Below, in pieces: positions 11,540 to 23,899 of a stretch of 64,000 nucleotides of DNA. The stretch's first letter is position 1. Every line of letters starts with the position of its first letter. The stretch is from Klebsormidium nitens (lineage: Eukaryota; Plantae; Klebsormidiophyceae). Both the position numbers and the translations under genes were made by a program. The notes beneath the pieces were generated by a model that ran no database searches, had not been told where the DNA came from, and saw nothing but the letters and a program-made list of their open reading frames with translations. The DNA lies in the NCBI GenBank assembly GCA_000708835.1, contig DF237350.1:1-64000 (forward strand). Direction: 5' to 3'.

Positions 11540-14500
11540 GCCTGGGTTGTACTCTCGAATCGTTTGCAGCCCACACGGAGGAGTGTTGAGTGTGACGCCA
11601 CCCACTCTTTTGTAATGCTGTGAAATGGGGGCTAACCCGCGTGAATCGTTGGATGAAAGAGCACACGTTTTGTCGGTCATGTTGTGGCCACACTCAGCTG
11701 TCATGTTTTGTTGTGACTGCTCATGACAGCATGACGTACTGGGTAGGAATCAGTACTTGATCACTTTCCGGATGTTGTGTGTCTCTGCCGGTTGGGAGAG
11801 TCTGCCAGATTAGCGTGAGGCGAAGCTTCCGATCAAGAGCGTAGTGAAATATAGTGTCTGACGCCGTCCGGCCAATTTAAGTTCAAAAGGGAGAGCGGTT
11901 GTAACCTAGGGACCCACCTTCTTCATAAAGGTATACATAGCTTTATCAACCATCTTCAAGATGCCTTTATGCCAAACAAGCACAGGTGAAAACAGATGCT
12001 ACTACCTCGAGTAAGCCAAGGTATACGGACGCTGCGCAAACCTGATTAACTTCGGACCAGAGGGCAATCGAAAGCTGGGTCTCCCCTTTTGAAATGACTA
12101 GTGGGTTGCCTTGACGGTCGACTTTCGAACGGATGCAATTTGCGTGGCACTTGCACTGAACTCGTGATCGCTCTGCGGCAGAAACCATGCATGTGTGTAA
12201 GAGTACTGGGAGGTGGCGAGGGCGACAGATGGGTGGTCCGAGTTCCGTTCCGCCAGCAGATACGTGGGTCGGAATTAGCCGCATGCAAGCAAATCTCTTC
12301 TTGCTTCTTATTTTCGGAGTTTGTGGCGTGGGTAAAAGATTGTCTTTATAGTTTAATTTACAGCATCTGCGAGTTCACGGAGCTGGAGTTTTCAGGAGTT
12401 TAATGGCGATTCAGGGGCGAAGACGATGCAAAAAGAGTCGTGGTACCGGTTCTCAATCATGGAGTCAACCAAGGTTTGCCTCCAAAGGTTGATGTTGAGA
12501 TCTTTGCAGATTAAATAAGGGCAACTATGCCCGAGTGGTGCCCATGCCCTTTTTAATCAACCGTGTCGTGGAAGTCAACGTAGTGTGTGCAACTGCCAAA
12601 TGACCGGACACATATTACTAGAATCATATCTTAAACTACATCTCAGGCGGGAAACCCCCCGAGCTGGGACACTTGACGAGCCTGGTCTACCTTAACCTTT
12701 CCTCTAACCGGCTGTCTGGTGCGTCCCATTCCCCCCGAGCTTGAAGCTCTCAAAACTTCGTTACTTAGAACTCTCCGCAAACGAGCCTATCAGGTCCCTT
12801 GAGCCCGAAGCTAGGAATCCTCTCCTTTCGAAGGTTAAAATCTTTGCACATCTCTTCACACAAGCTTTTTGGCACGTCATAAAGCGAAAGTGTTAGACGG
12901 CCTTATGTGCTGGATTCGTGAAAGGTTCCCAAAACCCTCCCGCGTGTTTGGTGTGCGGGACACTTCTTGACTAAGTTCGAATCGTCACGAGTTGTGGGTC
13001 CAGTCGGCGAGAATATATCGTTATCGTTCATCATCATCTTCTTTTCCTGGCCTTGAAGGCGGGCACAAAAAGGTCATGAGCTCCTTGACTAGCTAGTAGC
13101 TCACGAGACGTATCGTATATGCTGCAGAGCCTGTATGGTGTGATCGAAAACGCTTTGTTTTTTTATGTACTCGTGTCACCCGCTTTGGAACGACAAGCAA
13201 GTATGCTAGGTAGAAACCCACGTTTGATTTGGTCCTGTTTCTATGTTATTGTGATCCTTTTATCATCGACCTGGGAGCAATATTTCTGGGCAAAGACGAA
13301 TTGTAAGCTGCCGTCTTGGCACCAATTGCCATGCTTGATTCGGACGCCCTGCTGGTGATAGACCAGAAGAGGGCCGTATTCTCGTTTTTGCAACCAAATC
13401 TATTCTCCTATCTTTCATTTTCCTGGCATACGTGGCAATGAGCCCTGCGGTCGGCTCATCTTGTTATCTGGCGCAAGCTCGTTGCTGGGAGATGCTTTTC
13501 AAAAGTATTGACTTCCGTTAGATTGCAGTGGCGCTGCTTCATCGAAAAAAAACAAACCTGACCGTCAAGTGCCCAACAGAGAAACGTGCAGGAGTCTCGA
13601 CTCAAGCATCGAAGTTGGCACTGCAACCAATCTGTCCGATCACGCCTCGAGCCAGTACTTGCACTCATCGATACACAAGTCGACACATTCCCTTCGATCT
13701 ACTCATTCGCTTCGCTTGCACGTTTTGAATCTGCGTGTCCAGCGGCTCCTTACGTCGAAAAGTGAAGTCAGCGAGATACTCTCTACTTTGCGCCCGGAAA
13801 CAGAGTTTTGAATGTTTCGTTGCGGAGCACCCCCGCCGGTTGGGTCGGTCGGTGGAAAAGTTCCGACACTGGTTAGCCAGTGGCTAGCATCTTGCAAGGC
13901 CACGAAGTTATATGCTTCTGACCGGCGTAGCCACACGCAAGTCGGTACTTGTCGTGCTGCCGCGACATATATTCAGCAACCGATAGCTTTTCATCCCAAC
14001 AACTACTTTCTGGTGCTGATGCGCTACGGCCTTGATCGAACGGAACCGTAAAACGCTCCCCAGGGGCAGTCCGGCCGGGTTTGTTACTTCGAGCCGGCAA
14101 GGATTAAATCGAAGAGCCAGCAAATGAAACCTCCAAAGTATACACGTGTTTAAGAGCTTTAATTGCAGCGGGCTTGGTCTGTTGAACACCGTCCGTCTCT
14201 AGCTTCGTCGGATCCACCGGAAGAGTCAAGCCTGACAGGATGACATCCAAGTGGGTGGCAATGAAAGTAGACTCAGAAGCGGAGATGGGCATCCTTTGCT
14301 CAACGGCGTTTGTGTCAAGAATTCGTGAGCCAAATATTTAAGTGTCGTTTCCCCGGACATCATCCTTGCTCTGATACGAGGAGCAAAGTGCGGCAAACTA
14401 GATCATTCTTACTTCGATGCACGTAGTCTACAGAGTCGAATCCCTGGGTTCGACACTTTCTTCACGCCAGTGGCTCTCGAAGGTGGTGTCTAGAATCTGC

Positions 14501-14900
14501 AGCTGCTATCAGCATAGTCTCTTTTCATACTGCACCCGTGCTGCTAGGGCCAATCCGAAAGAGACCATCGTGAGACGGTGGAAAAGGTGCTCTGAGAGAC
14601 ACACGGCACTGACTTGAAAACCTCGTACACTCTGCAATTTTTGCCTTCGTGATTTGCTGGCAGGCAGCACCTCGGCCCGGGTAAGCGTCTTCGAAAGCTG
14701 GGCCTTCGGCCTTCTTTTGCGGCCCGCTACCAACTTCTTTATTGTTCATTTCTAAACCCTCTGAATAAAGTCAGTTTACGTTGGTTGATACGTTTTGGAG
14801 ACCTGCAAAAGGCGAAATGGAGATTCGAGTGCTCCTATTAGAAAGCCCTTCAAGCCAAATCTTCTTCTCCTGCGCCGTGCCTAGTGCATCATGCACCCGT
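11540..14900 (-). pseudogene. Decayed TRN1-like Roco gene (end of Roc, COR, C-terminus)
   Basis: Ordered motifs: LKYWL[fs]ILD...TFIATHLDV (14345-14250), EYLAD (about 13770), YWLE[fs]VIGQI (about 13645), RGFLPSIL (about 13215), QVPRKL (about 12150), QLSIALWSE, MKKVGP.VTTAL, CGLQTIREY (about 11570). Many stops and frameshifts. Confidence 0.65.
12645..12847 (+). pseudogene. Plant-type extracellular LRR fragment (about 3 repeats), frameshifted
   Basis: PPELGHLTSLVYLNLSSNRLSG[fs]PIPPELEAL...LSGPLSPKLG. Flanked by the direct repeat ACATCTC (12638-12644 and 12848-12854). Absent from the paralogous block near 17550. Confidence 0.8.
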
Positions 14901-14999
14901 GTTCAACAAATCCCAAAACCGGTGCCAAATTTTGTGCGGCCTTTGATCTCTGTCGCACTTTTGGTGTTTCTTTTAGTGCTGTCAGATTAGACTTTGAAC

Positions 15000-16400
15000 T
15001 TATCTCCCCAGCCCTAGGATGATTGAAGGCCATGACGAACTGTGTCCCACTGGGCTGTGGGCTTTGCAGCCCAAGCGCAGTGAGGCAGAAGCACTCGAAT
15101 GCCATCGCAAGGTTTTTTTCGGTCAAGATTGACGTCAAAAAGCCGATCAAAGTAAGCCTTCAAGCAGCCGTCAGCGGTAAAGCATTTTAAGGGGTCGAAA
15201 TTTTTAGAAGAAAAGTAAGTCCCCTTCTTCATCCTTAGTGGTCCCGAATGTGAATGAGCAGACCCCGGTTCAGGTTCTCACATGTGCACGAGGACTCAAC
15301 GCCTTTTTGAACCAGATCGCGAGTGAGGATCTGAATCCTGCTTGCCTGAAGGAATTTTTTCTTGCTCTCTGGGACAGCTGAGTTCGCTAGGCATGTCTAC
15401 AACCCATGTCCACTCTGTGTCGTCGGAACAAGGTCAGAGTCCGCTTCCAGTTTACATGAACCTGAGGCTCGCTGCCTTATTTGTTTGTTGCCCCCCCGGA
15501 CGTTTTGTCTTTGTCTTTTCTGGGTGGACAGCTCGCACCAAATGGACTCGTTTTGAAACGTCACGGCCGTAACGCCAAAAGATTTATGCACAAACGGCTT
15601 CAAGCAATGGACACGTCAGCTCGGAACTGTAACGTGCCGTTGTTTTACAGTTCTTCTGAACAAACTAGGTTTCATAGCCAGAGCTGTGCTTGGTTATTTC
15701 GGTGATTGGACGTTCGTGAACGACAGGGTTCCATTCCCTCCGGTGTCTCGTTCAGTTACATCAGTCTAAAATCTTTTCTGCCCTCTCCGTTTGCATTTGG
15801 GGTTGTCTACTGCTGACGTGGTCCGACTCTGTTCGTACCTTACCTTTCGTGTAGAGCATTGATCCATCTCGCTCCTCAGTCTTATCTAGCTCCAAAGAGG
15901 GAGTTCCTTTCGTTCAAGCAAGCCACTGTGGATACGGAAGGAAATATCGGCCATGACTGAAACGTAGTGAGGATGGGCATTTTCTGCTCACTACGCAGCG
16001 AGTTTCTTCTTCTGAGCCAGATGCGACAACTTCATGTGCAACGTCACATCATCTTCTTTAGATCCACCCTCGTAACCAGCACACGAGGCCTAGCTCTTGC
16101 AGTCACGTGCTGTCAATCAAAGTGCTTTCGAACGACCTGGAGAGTCCAAACGCTGTGGATTTCTTTGTGATTTGGTGTAAGCCTCTATTATGCGCAGCCT
16201 TTGATGTTAAATCGGCAGCTCGTTGTTGCTAGTAAATTTCCCGTCAATCGTCGTGTTATAAAGGAGAAACCTGGGCTTTCAACGGAGTAGAGTAGCAAGC
16301 CATGAAGATTCCAACTGGGCTGTGCGTCCATTCAGTGAGGCTCCGCCTATAACGAGCTGCTACTAGCCGAAAGTGGGATCATGTGAATGTTGTGCTTTTG
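15000..16400 (-). pseudogene. Roco C-terminal remnant
   Basis: Paralog of 10230-10680, plus a terminal GLQ..P motif at about 15060. Confidence 0.45.
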
Positions 16401-16459
16401 AAGTAAAGCTTTAACTGTACCCGGCTATTTGTGTGGACTAGTATATGCCGCATCGGGTT

Positions 16460-18500
16460 GTTATGAGCTTTGAAGAAGCGCGGCCTGATACTTTCGAATC
16501 TTTTGCAGCCCAATGCATGGAGAAGTGTTGAAATTGACGCCACCCAATCGGATGGCAGACGGTGAAATGGTGCTGATTAGTGCGAAATTTTGGATGAAAG
16601 ATGACACTTCCTGTCGCTTATGTACTGGGCCCACTTAGTTGTGTGTTATCGTGACGGGTCATGACAGCACGTACTGGGCAGTAATTAGTTAATCAATTTC
16701 CGAGTGTTTGCGGGGCTGTGCCGGTTGGGAAGAAGTTGCCACCGACTGAGCATGAGGCATTCGATTGCGCGTAGTGAATACTCTCTGACGCCGGCCGGCC
16801 CGCTTGAGTTGAAACAGGAGAGCGGTTGTAATCTAGGACCCACCTCTCCATAACGGTAGCTTTTCCGACCATCTTCGAGTTGCCTCTATGCCAGGAGAGC
16901 ACAGGTGGAAACAGATGCTGTCATTTGCATCTTTGTAAGCTATGGTATAGGGACTCTGCACAAAATTGGTTCACTTCGGACAAGAGGGCAATTGAAAGTC
17001 GGATCTCGCCTTTTAAAAACGATCCGGCCCGGTTGCTTCGACCGCACTTTTTGACCATATTTTCAATTTGCGTGGCACTTGCATTGAAGTCGTGATTGTT
17101 CTGCGGCAAAGAACATGTCTTAAGAGGTGGCGAGGGCGACAGAAGGATGGTTCGAGCTCCGTTCCACCGGCGATTGTGCACGTCGGAAGCCGGAAGCAAA
17201 CCTCCGCTTGCTTACTTTTCTGCTTCGTGGCTTTGGTAGAAATACTTATATTGTCAAGCGAACAGCCTCTGAGAGTCGAAGAAGTGCTGCTTTCGAGTGT
17301 TCTGGTCAATCAGTGGCAAAGGACGATGCGTTTAGAGCTCGGCACCAGTTCCCAATCCTGGATCAGTCAAGCGCAACCTCGCGTGTTTACGGACGCCGAA
17401 GCTCGTTAAGATCTTTTGCACATTTATAGTGTAAGGCAAGATGTCCCTAATGGTACCGGGTCTGCCCGCTTCAACCGTAAACCGTATTGTGGAAGTCAAA
17501 GTAGCTAATGCGTGCAACTGCAATGGCTTTACCCAGGTTTCTGGAATCAAATTATAGTCCGGCACTCCAATGATTTGAAGTTGGTAGACGGCCTTAGGTC
17601 CTAGATTTGCGAGAGGATCCCAAAACCTTCCGCGTGTTGGTTTCATGAGGGACACTTCTTGACTTCAAGTTCTTCCCAGAATAATTTTTACTTGGCGACA
17701 AGGATGTATTCCATCATTCGTTTGTCCATCTATAGCTTCGTTTCTTCTCCTTGCCTTTAAGGCAGACACAAAATGTCATAAGCTGCTTGAATAGCTCACG
17801 AAACTGGCTGGTTGTATATTCCCGAGCCTCTACTATGTGACCGGGAACGAGTTCGTTGCTTTAGAAGTTTCGCTTTGATTGTTTCTGTGCTCGTGTTGCC
17901 TTTGTAGGGCGACGCCTCCGTTGACAAGCAAATAATGCTAGGTAAAAACCCACGTGGTTTCTTCTTCTGCTCTACGTAGTTCTGAGCCCTTTTTTATCAA
18001 CCTGGAGGCAATCATTTTGGGCAAAGAAGAAGCTGCAAGTTGCCGTCTTGGCACCATTCGCCATTTACTATGTCATACGTACGCCCTGTTGGTGAGGTGA
18101 GAAGAGGGCCGTTACTCGTTGTGCAATTACGAATTAGATTCCCCTTCCCCGGGTTTTCTTGGAATAATTGGTGGTAATTCCTGTCCGTCAGCGCATCTGG
18201 CGCTGGTTCGTTGTTGGGCGACGCTTTCTGAAGTCTGACCGTCGTGGGCAGTGGCGCTGCTTCATCGTAGAAGAACAAATGCAAGCGTCAAGTGCCCACC
18301 AAAGAAACATGCAGGATACTCAAGCATCGAAGCCGGCGTCACAGGCAGTCTGTCGATTCGATATCATGCCCTCGTGCCAGTAGGTACATACAGTTCTTTC
18401 TGTTGTGTCCATGTGCTTTCCGTGCAGATCCTCAAACCTCATTTCCAACCGCTCTTTATCTCTGAAAAACGAGTTTTCGAGATACGTAACACGATTCTCC
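16460..18500 (-). pseudogene. Decayed Roco COR/C-terminal gene copy
   Basis: Collinear paralog of 11540-13700: YWHEGMI, PRGFLPSII (about 17950), QVPRKL, RLSIALLSE, GLQKIRKY (about 16510). Confidence 0.6.
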
Positions 18501-19849
18501 GCAAAGGAAGAATCGTGTTACTAGCTAAGCGGTAATGCCTCTCTGCTTTCCTCAGTTTTAGGCTCGTGCCGGAGATCTTAGGTGAAGAGCCTTTGCTTCC
18601 ACTGACGTCAAGTAGCAAGCCAAGAAGACCAAGCTCGGGCTGCGCGCCCACATCTGTAACTTTTCGTAACGAGCTGCTACGTCGTAAATTGGAAACGTGT
18701 ACGTGGCGTCGCTTTCAAGTTCGAAGCAAGTGCAATCTGATGGTGCTGCTCGTACAAAGGGCTCTTGAATCCAAATACAAGAGCCGAGCTTTGTAACGAT
18801 TTAATCCTTCATCGAACATGTCGCCGCTCCTGTCTGTGTGCTTGTTTGGACCGCTGCAGTCTGCGAGTGTGGAACTGTACGTTCTGCGCTCCTGTGACAA
18901 GGATACAGGCCTGCCCAAGTATCTCGGTCTACTTTTGCGTCGGCCAGAGCGATTTTGCAAGCCAGTTCCCCGGGCGCTTGAGTCACTTTGTTTCATCCTC
19001 ATCTTCAATTTGAGGCCAGACTGATATGCATCTTTGAGCATCTGCAGACGGCTTCGATCAGTAAGATTCGAAGTTTGTGGGGTAGTTCATGAGCAATCGG
19101 CTGGAGGAGTCGCTGGTGTCCGTGTCCGGTCAAGTACTTAGGACAATGACGAGACAGGCGTCTCTTGATCGGGTTAACGTAATAAGGGACTCGACTAGAT
19201 CATATCATGGTGTCGATTCCAAAATTTAGTCGTCTTTCGGAAGACTCCGTCCAGTGAGCTCGTTTCGATGTGTAGAAGCGTACCATAAAGGCCTCTTGTA
19301 CTTGTCAATAAACTCATGACCCACACTTGAGTTTCTCCGAATCAGCGTGATCAGTTTGGTGATGAGCTTGGTTTGATTGAAAGACAAGTGAAGCTGCCAG
19401 TTTCTATCGAAGCAAGGACCGACTTCGACTGTTTGGCAATCTGCCATCTTCTGATCAATACATCCTTCTAATTCTGACGCCCCGCTCTAACTGTACCCGG
19501 GCTGCACATGTCAACGATTCATTGAGCGGTCGTGACCGCTTTTCTGGTCATGGGCAAGTAATCACCTGGCACTATGCGATTATGACGTTACACCTTGCCG
19601 CTCAATATGATACGACCTCATGCCCAAAAAGGCCCAAGATTGTTTTCGCAATGACAAGGAAATACTGCCAATCCTTTCATAATTAGGAACGGAAGGGACT
19701 GGACTGGATCGGCTGCGGGGCGTTGACGCGCGCGACACCAGCCTCGCGCGCCGAGACGGAGCGTGCGGCCGGCCATGAGAAAGTGCGCGCGTCGGCCGAT
19801 CCGCGATTGCGTTCGAAGAGCAGCAGAGGTCTAATCCGACCTTGGAGAA

Positions 19850-22700
19850 TCGTACATGAGAAGTGGCTCCGAATACTGGTCCGTCATGTAAACGCTGGTC
19901 TTTTGATGCGGAAACGCAGACTTCCGATCGGAAATGATGGTATCGATGAAGGTACAACGACGTGGGCGCTGCGCTGCATGCCCACTGACAGACATACCTG
20001 AGCCGCAACGGTACGTCGTGCCCGCTTTCCGGCTCGATCAACTGCGTCTTACCAATGCCTACCTTTCTGCTTGAAGAGACCATAAAATTGGTCCAGTAGA
20101 CGTCTCAAACTTAATCAGGTCAACCGCAGCGATGGTTGTCTGTGATGGTTCGCTGATGCTCCAGCTCACCCCAGCTTCGCCAACCTGCTCCTTCAGCGCC
20201 GCTGGGACATATTCCGCTGGCGTGATCGAAAGCCTTCACTTTCTTCAGTCCCAAATCAAGGGCTCTTATTGCGCATGCGATATCTTATCTACTCACTGTA
20301 TATATTGTTTTTCTGCCTTACATAATAAGCATAATCAAACGACTGGTTTTATGGGCTTCTGTATCGGGCAAGACTTTGGCCGGAAGATCGGCGCAGAACG
20401 ACCCAAGGCAAGGAAACCTTTTCTGACTTTCAAGATTTCGCGTCTATTATCAGCGTTCCAATCCGCTGTATACACAGGAACTGTATTGAAAAAAAGTATA
20501 GCTTAAAACATTCGACAGACCACTTAATGCTGATTCGATCTAGTCCGAGGCCATTGCGGGGTCACAAGCTGCCGCTCGATCATTTCACGAGCCTGATGCC
20601 TGAATTCAGTCCAGGTGTTGCGTTCTCCGTAAACGAAGCGGAATGAGAAGGTCTGATTCCAATGCATTGGGCGCGGCTAAGCGCCTTCTGTTACGGAGTC
20701 TCGTTGCCTGGTTCAGTATTACCTTCTTTAGATCAGCTAGTATCGATTCTTCGAACAGACATAATCGAAGTCCTTCGGTGGTCGTGATGAAAGGGCCTGG
20801 GCTGTCTCAAGGGTTCTGCAGCCCATTGCTAAACTACTGTAGCTTTCCAACCTCAAAGCCACCCAAACTCCTTGAAGTTCTCGGATTCTGGGGCTGCCCG
20901 CTGCAACTCCTGGATGAAGATGGAATCCGCAGTACTCAGATTGTCTTAGTTGGACTTTGAGACCGGTCGTGGACTTTTGGATCAGTTGTTTAACGTGTTC
21001 GTTGCTGGCACAAGTTCGTTGCTGGGCAACGCTCTCTGTAGTCTGGCCGTCTGATCGGGATGCAATAGCGCTGCTGAAACGGAAGAGAACAACTTGACCT
21101 GTCCACTGAAGAAAGATGCAGGATTCTCAAGCATTGAGATTGGCACTGCGAGCAATCTGTCCAATCACGCCTTGTGCCACACCATTCGGTTTACGTGCAA
21201 TTCCGGTATCTGCTGATCGATGCGCGGCGGCTCCTTGCCTCAGGAAGTAGCTTCTAAGATACGTTAGCGGGATACCCACTTCTTTGCGCCCAAAAACATT
21301 ACGTTGATTGTTTCGGCGTGGAGGACCCCCAGTCAGGTCACTTGCTGGAAAATCTGACACGTGGTTGGTTGAAAACATCTCTGACGACCAGGTTCCTCAG
21401 GCTGGCCTCCTGTCCGGCATCTATAAACACATTCCACTTGGTAATTCGTGCTGCTGCTCAATTTCCGACCAAACTGTTTCGTTTCGGTGTGGCACTGCGT
21501 CATGCACTCAAGCACTTCGTTTTGGCGCCGACGCCCCGCCCACGCGCTACGGCTTTGATAGAACGAGACGCTCACCAGGGGCAATCCAACGGGTTTGTTT
21601 CTCAAGCAGGCAAGGATTCAAATCGAAAAACCATGCAACTGAAATTCTTGCTCAGACAGTACATTCGAAAAGCTTTTTGCAGCGGGCTGGGTTTGAAGAA
21701 CCCTTCTCGCGTCTTCAGATTGTCGAGCGGAAACTGCAAAAGCTTGACTGCGAAGTGTATGGCAATGAAAGTGATAACATCGGAATTGGGCACTTCGCGG
21801 TGCTCAAAGGAGTTCAGCTGCCGGATTGAGGATGCAGCAGGAGCCATTTCAGGTGTCCTTTTGGAGTCATCTTCATTGATTCTGATACGAAGTCGGTGAG
21901 CAAAATGCAGCAGCACAGTATCGCCTTTGGCACGAAGTCCCAGTCAAAGGCGATTCTTCGACTTGAATCAGTGCCTCCAATGCCGTGACTCTCAAAGCTG
22001 TTTTTTTTTTAATTCGTAGCTGCGATCACCTCCGTACTGTCCTCCGAATGTAGCCAAGTGTCACTTGACCGCAAAACAAGCGCTCAGCGAGATATACGCG
22101 GCACTAGATTCTCGCGGTATATGCTGCCAGCGTGCTTTCTGGATAATTTTCCACCTGCACCGTAAGCGCGCAGTTTACCCTAGCTGGGTCTCCGACCTTA
22201 ATTCTTTTGCGGCCCGCTATCAGCTTCTTTGTTGATCTTTACTAACCGTCAATGATCATAGACTCTGGCTGACTTCGTTTGAGATGTTTCTGGCACCCGC
22301 AAGGGGCAATCATGGAGATCCGAGCGATCATAGGAAGCCTTTCAAGTCCGGATCTCTTTCCCTGCACCGCGCCTGGCGCATGCACGTACCAGTAGAACAC
22401 CTAGTCAACGGGTCCCCAAATTTCGTACGCTGATCTTTGATATCTGTTGCACTTTCAGGTATTCTTTTCGTGCTTTCGTTGGAAAAGTTGGAATCCATTC
22501 CCCCAACTTGAACTCTAGGATGTTGCACGTTGTCACATTGATGGCCGTGACGAAGTGTACTTTGTTGGGCTGTCGAAGCGCGGGCAGCTCAGGCCACTTT
22601 CGCTAGGGTCCGATGCCACCATCTTTGTTGACTTAGAACGGGCAAGCGTAGTGACAAGCCGTTCACAATATCCAAACTTCAAACAGCCTTCAAAAAAAAA
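19850..22700 (-). pseudogene. Decayed Roco fragments (Roc/COR plus termini)
   Basis: 21000-22820 is a paralog of 13480-15290: TFIAIHF, WFFDLNPC, LTYLRS, GVIGQI. Terminal motif at about 20820. Confidence 0.55.
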
Positions 22701-22880
22701 TTGAAGCTTTTATCAAGGGGCCGATTTTTTGAGAAGGAACGAAGCCCCTTGCTTGGTTTCTGGCGGTCCCCGAAATTGATCACTGAGTAGGCCACGGTCC
22801 AAATCCGCACCTGTGCACGGGAGAAATATCGTCGCCTCTCCTGATCCCATCATCGCGGAGACCCAAAAAATTTCAGCTCC

Positions 22881-23253
22881 CAGGGGGACCAAACACCACT
22901 GAAACGTAGCGAACCATGATCCGCACCGTCAGATGAAAATTTTCTTGATTTGGACGGTCAAGATTGCATATTCTGGATGTCCCGAGCCCCGATGCGGTCC
23001 TCGGTTGGTCTGAGGGGAGGGTTAAGAAGAGTGTTAGAAGAAGGTTAAGGGCTTTTTGGCTGTTAAACCCATCTAAACCTGCCCCCAATTCCTCCTAAAC
23101 GGCGCTTTGCCCGGACCCCAAACTTTGGGTTTGCAATGGTGACCCTTCGGAGGTTCAAACCCACCAGTTTTCAGTTCCGGGCAATAAGCCGTTTGGCTGC
23201 TGGCACATGGTTCAAGTTGCTAACTTGCCTACCTGGGGTGTTTGGTCCCCCTG
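22881..23253. mobile_element. hAT-type MITE, 373 bp
   Basis: Perfect 17-bp terminal inverted repeat CAGGGGGACCAAACACC (22881-22897 and 23237-23253). The 8-bp flanks tcagctcc and tctgctcc match at 7/8. A CAG start plus an 8-bp TSD is typical of hAT. No coding capacity. Confidence 0.85.
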
Positions 23254-23899
23254 TCTGCTCCCCTGCATTCGAAGGAACGAAGGAACCTTTTTGCTTTAAA
23301 AACAGCTGAGTTCGTTACGTCTGCCTGTAGTACACCATGTCAATCTAGTAATCAATCGGGCCGTGGACAGCGGAACGAAGTCCGCGCGTAAGGTTCACGT
23401 AAACCTAAGGCTAGCTGATTGTTACTACTGCTGGCCTTTCAAACCTTTCTCTGCGTCTTTTCCGGCTGGATCATAGGTCGCGCTAAACTGAATCGTTTAA
23501 TTATATCACGGCCGGCCGGTCGCCAAAACGATCACCCATAAATTGCTCCGTACCAGCTGTGCACAAGCTGTCAGGAGACACTCACGATTGGTAACGGGGT
23601 TCGGTGCCTGTGTCTTGCACTTTCATTTAAGATACAAACCACTTTTTCATAGCTTGAGCTGTGCGCGGTTAGTTGAATGATCGGCCCTTCATGAAGTTCA
23701 GGGACAATACCTTCATTTGTCTTTTTCATTCTAGAGGCCGAGATCTCTTCTTCCGATCATGACTGTCTGCCATCCACGTTTGCACTTCACCAGGTGTTCT
23801 GCTACTGAGGTGTTCCGACTCTAGTTATACAAGACACTGGTGTAAAGAATCAGTTCATGTCTTTTCTATGCCTTTCATAAAGGCAGCTCTTTTTCTTTC

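Larger units (their letters stand above)
10230..18480 (+). repeat. Segmental direct duplication: 10230-13700 vs 15940-18480 (also 13480-15290 vs 21000-22820)
   Basis: Collinear diverged blocks, for example gacggcctta...cccaaaacc.tccgcgtgtt...gggacacttcttgact at about 12900 and 17590, and ttcttttgcggcccgcta at about 14712 and 22202. Confidence 0.85.

Noticed and set aside
22960-23260. Apparent LRR-like translation on the minus strand
   Set aside because: It needs several frameshifts and lies within the TIR/TSD-bounded MITE, which explains the region better.
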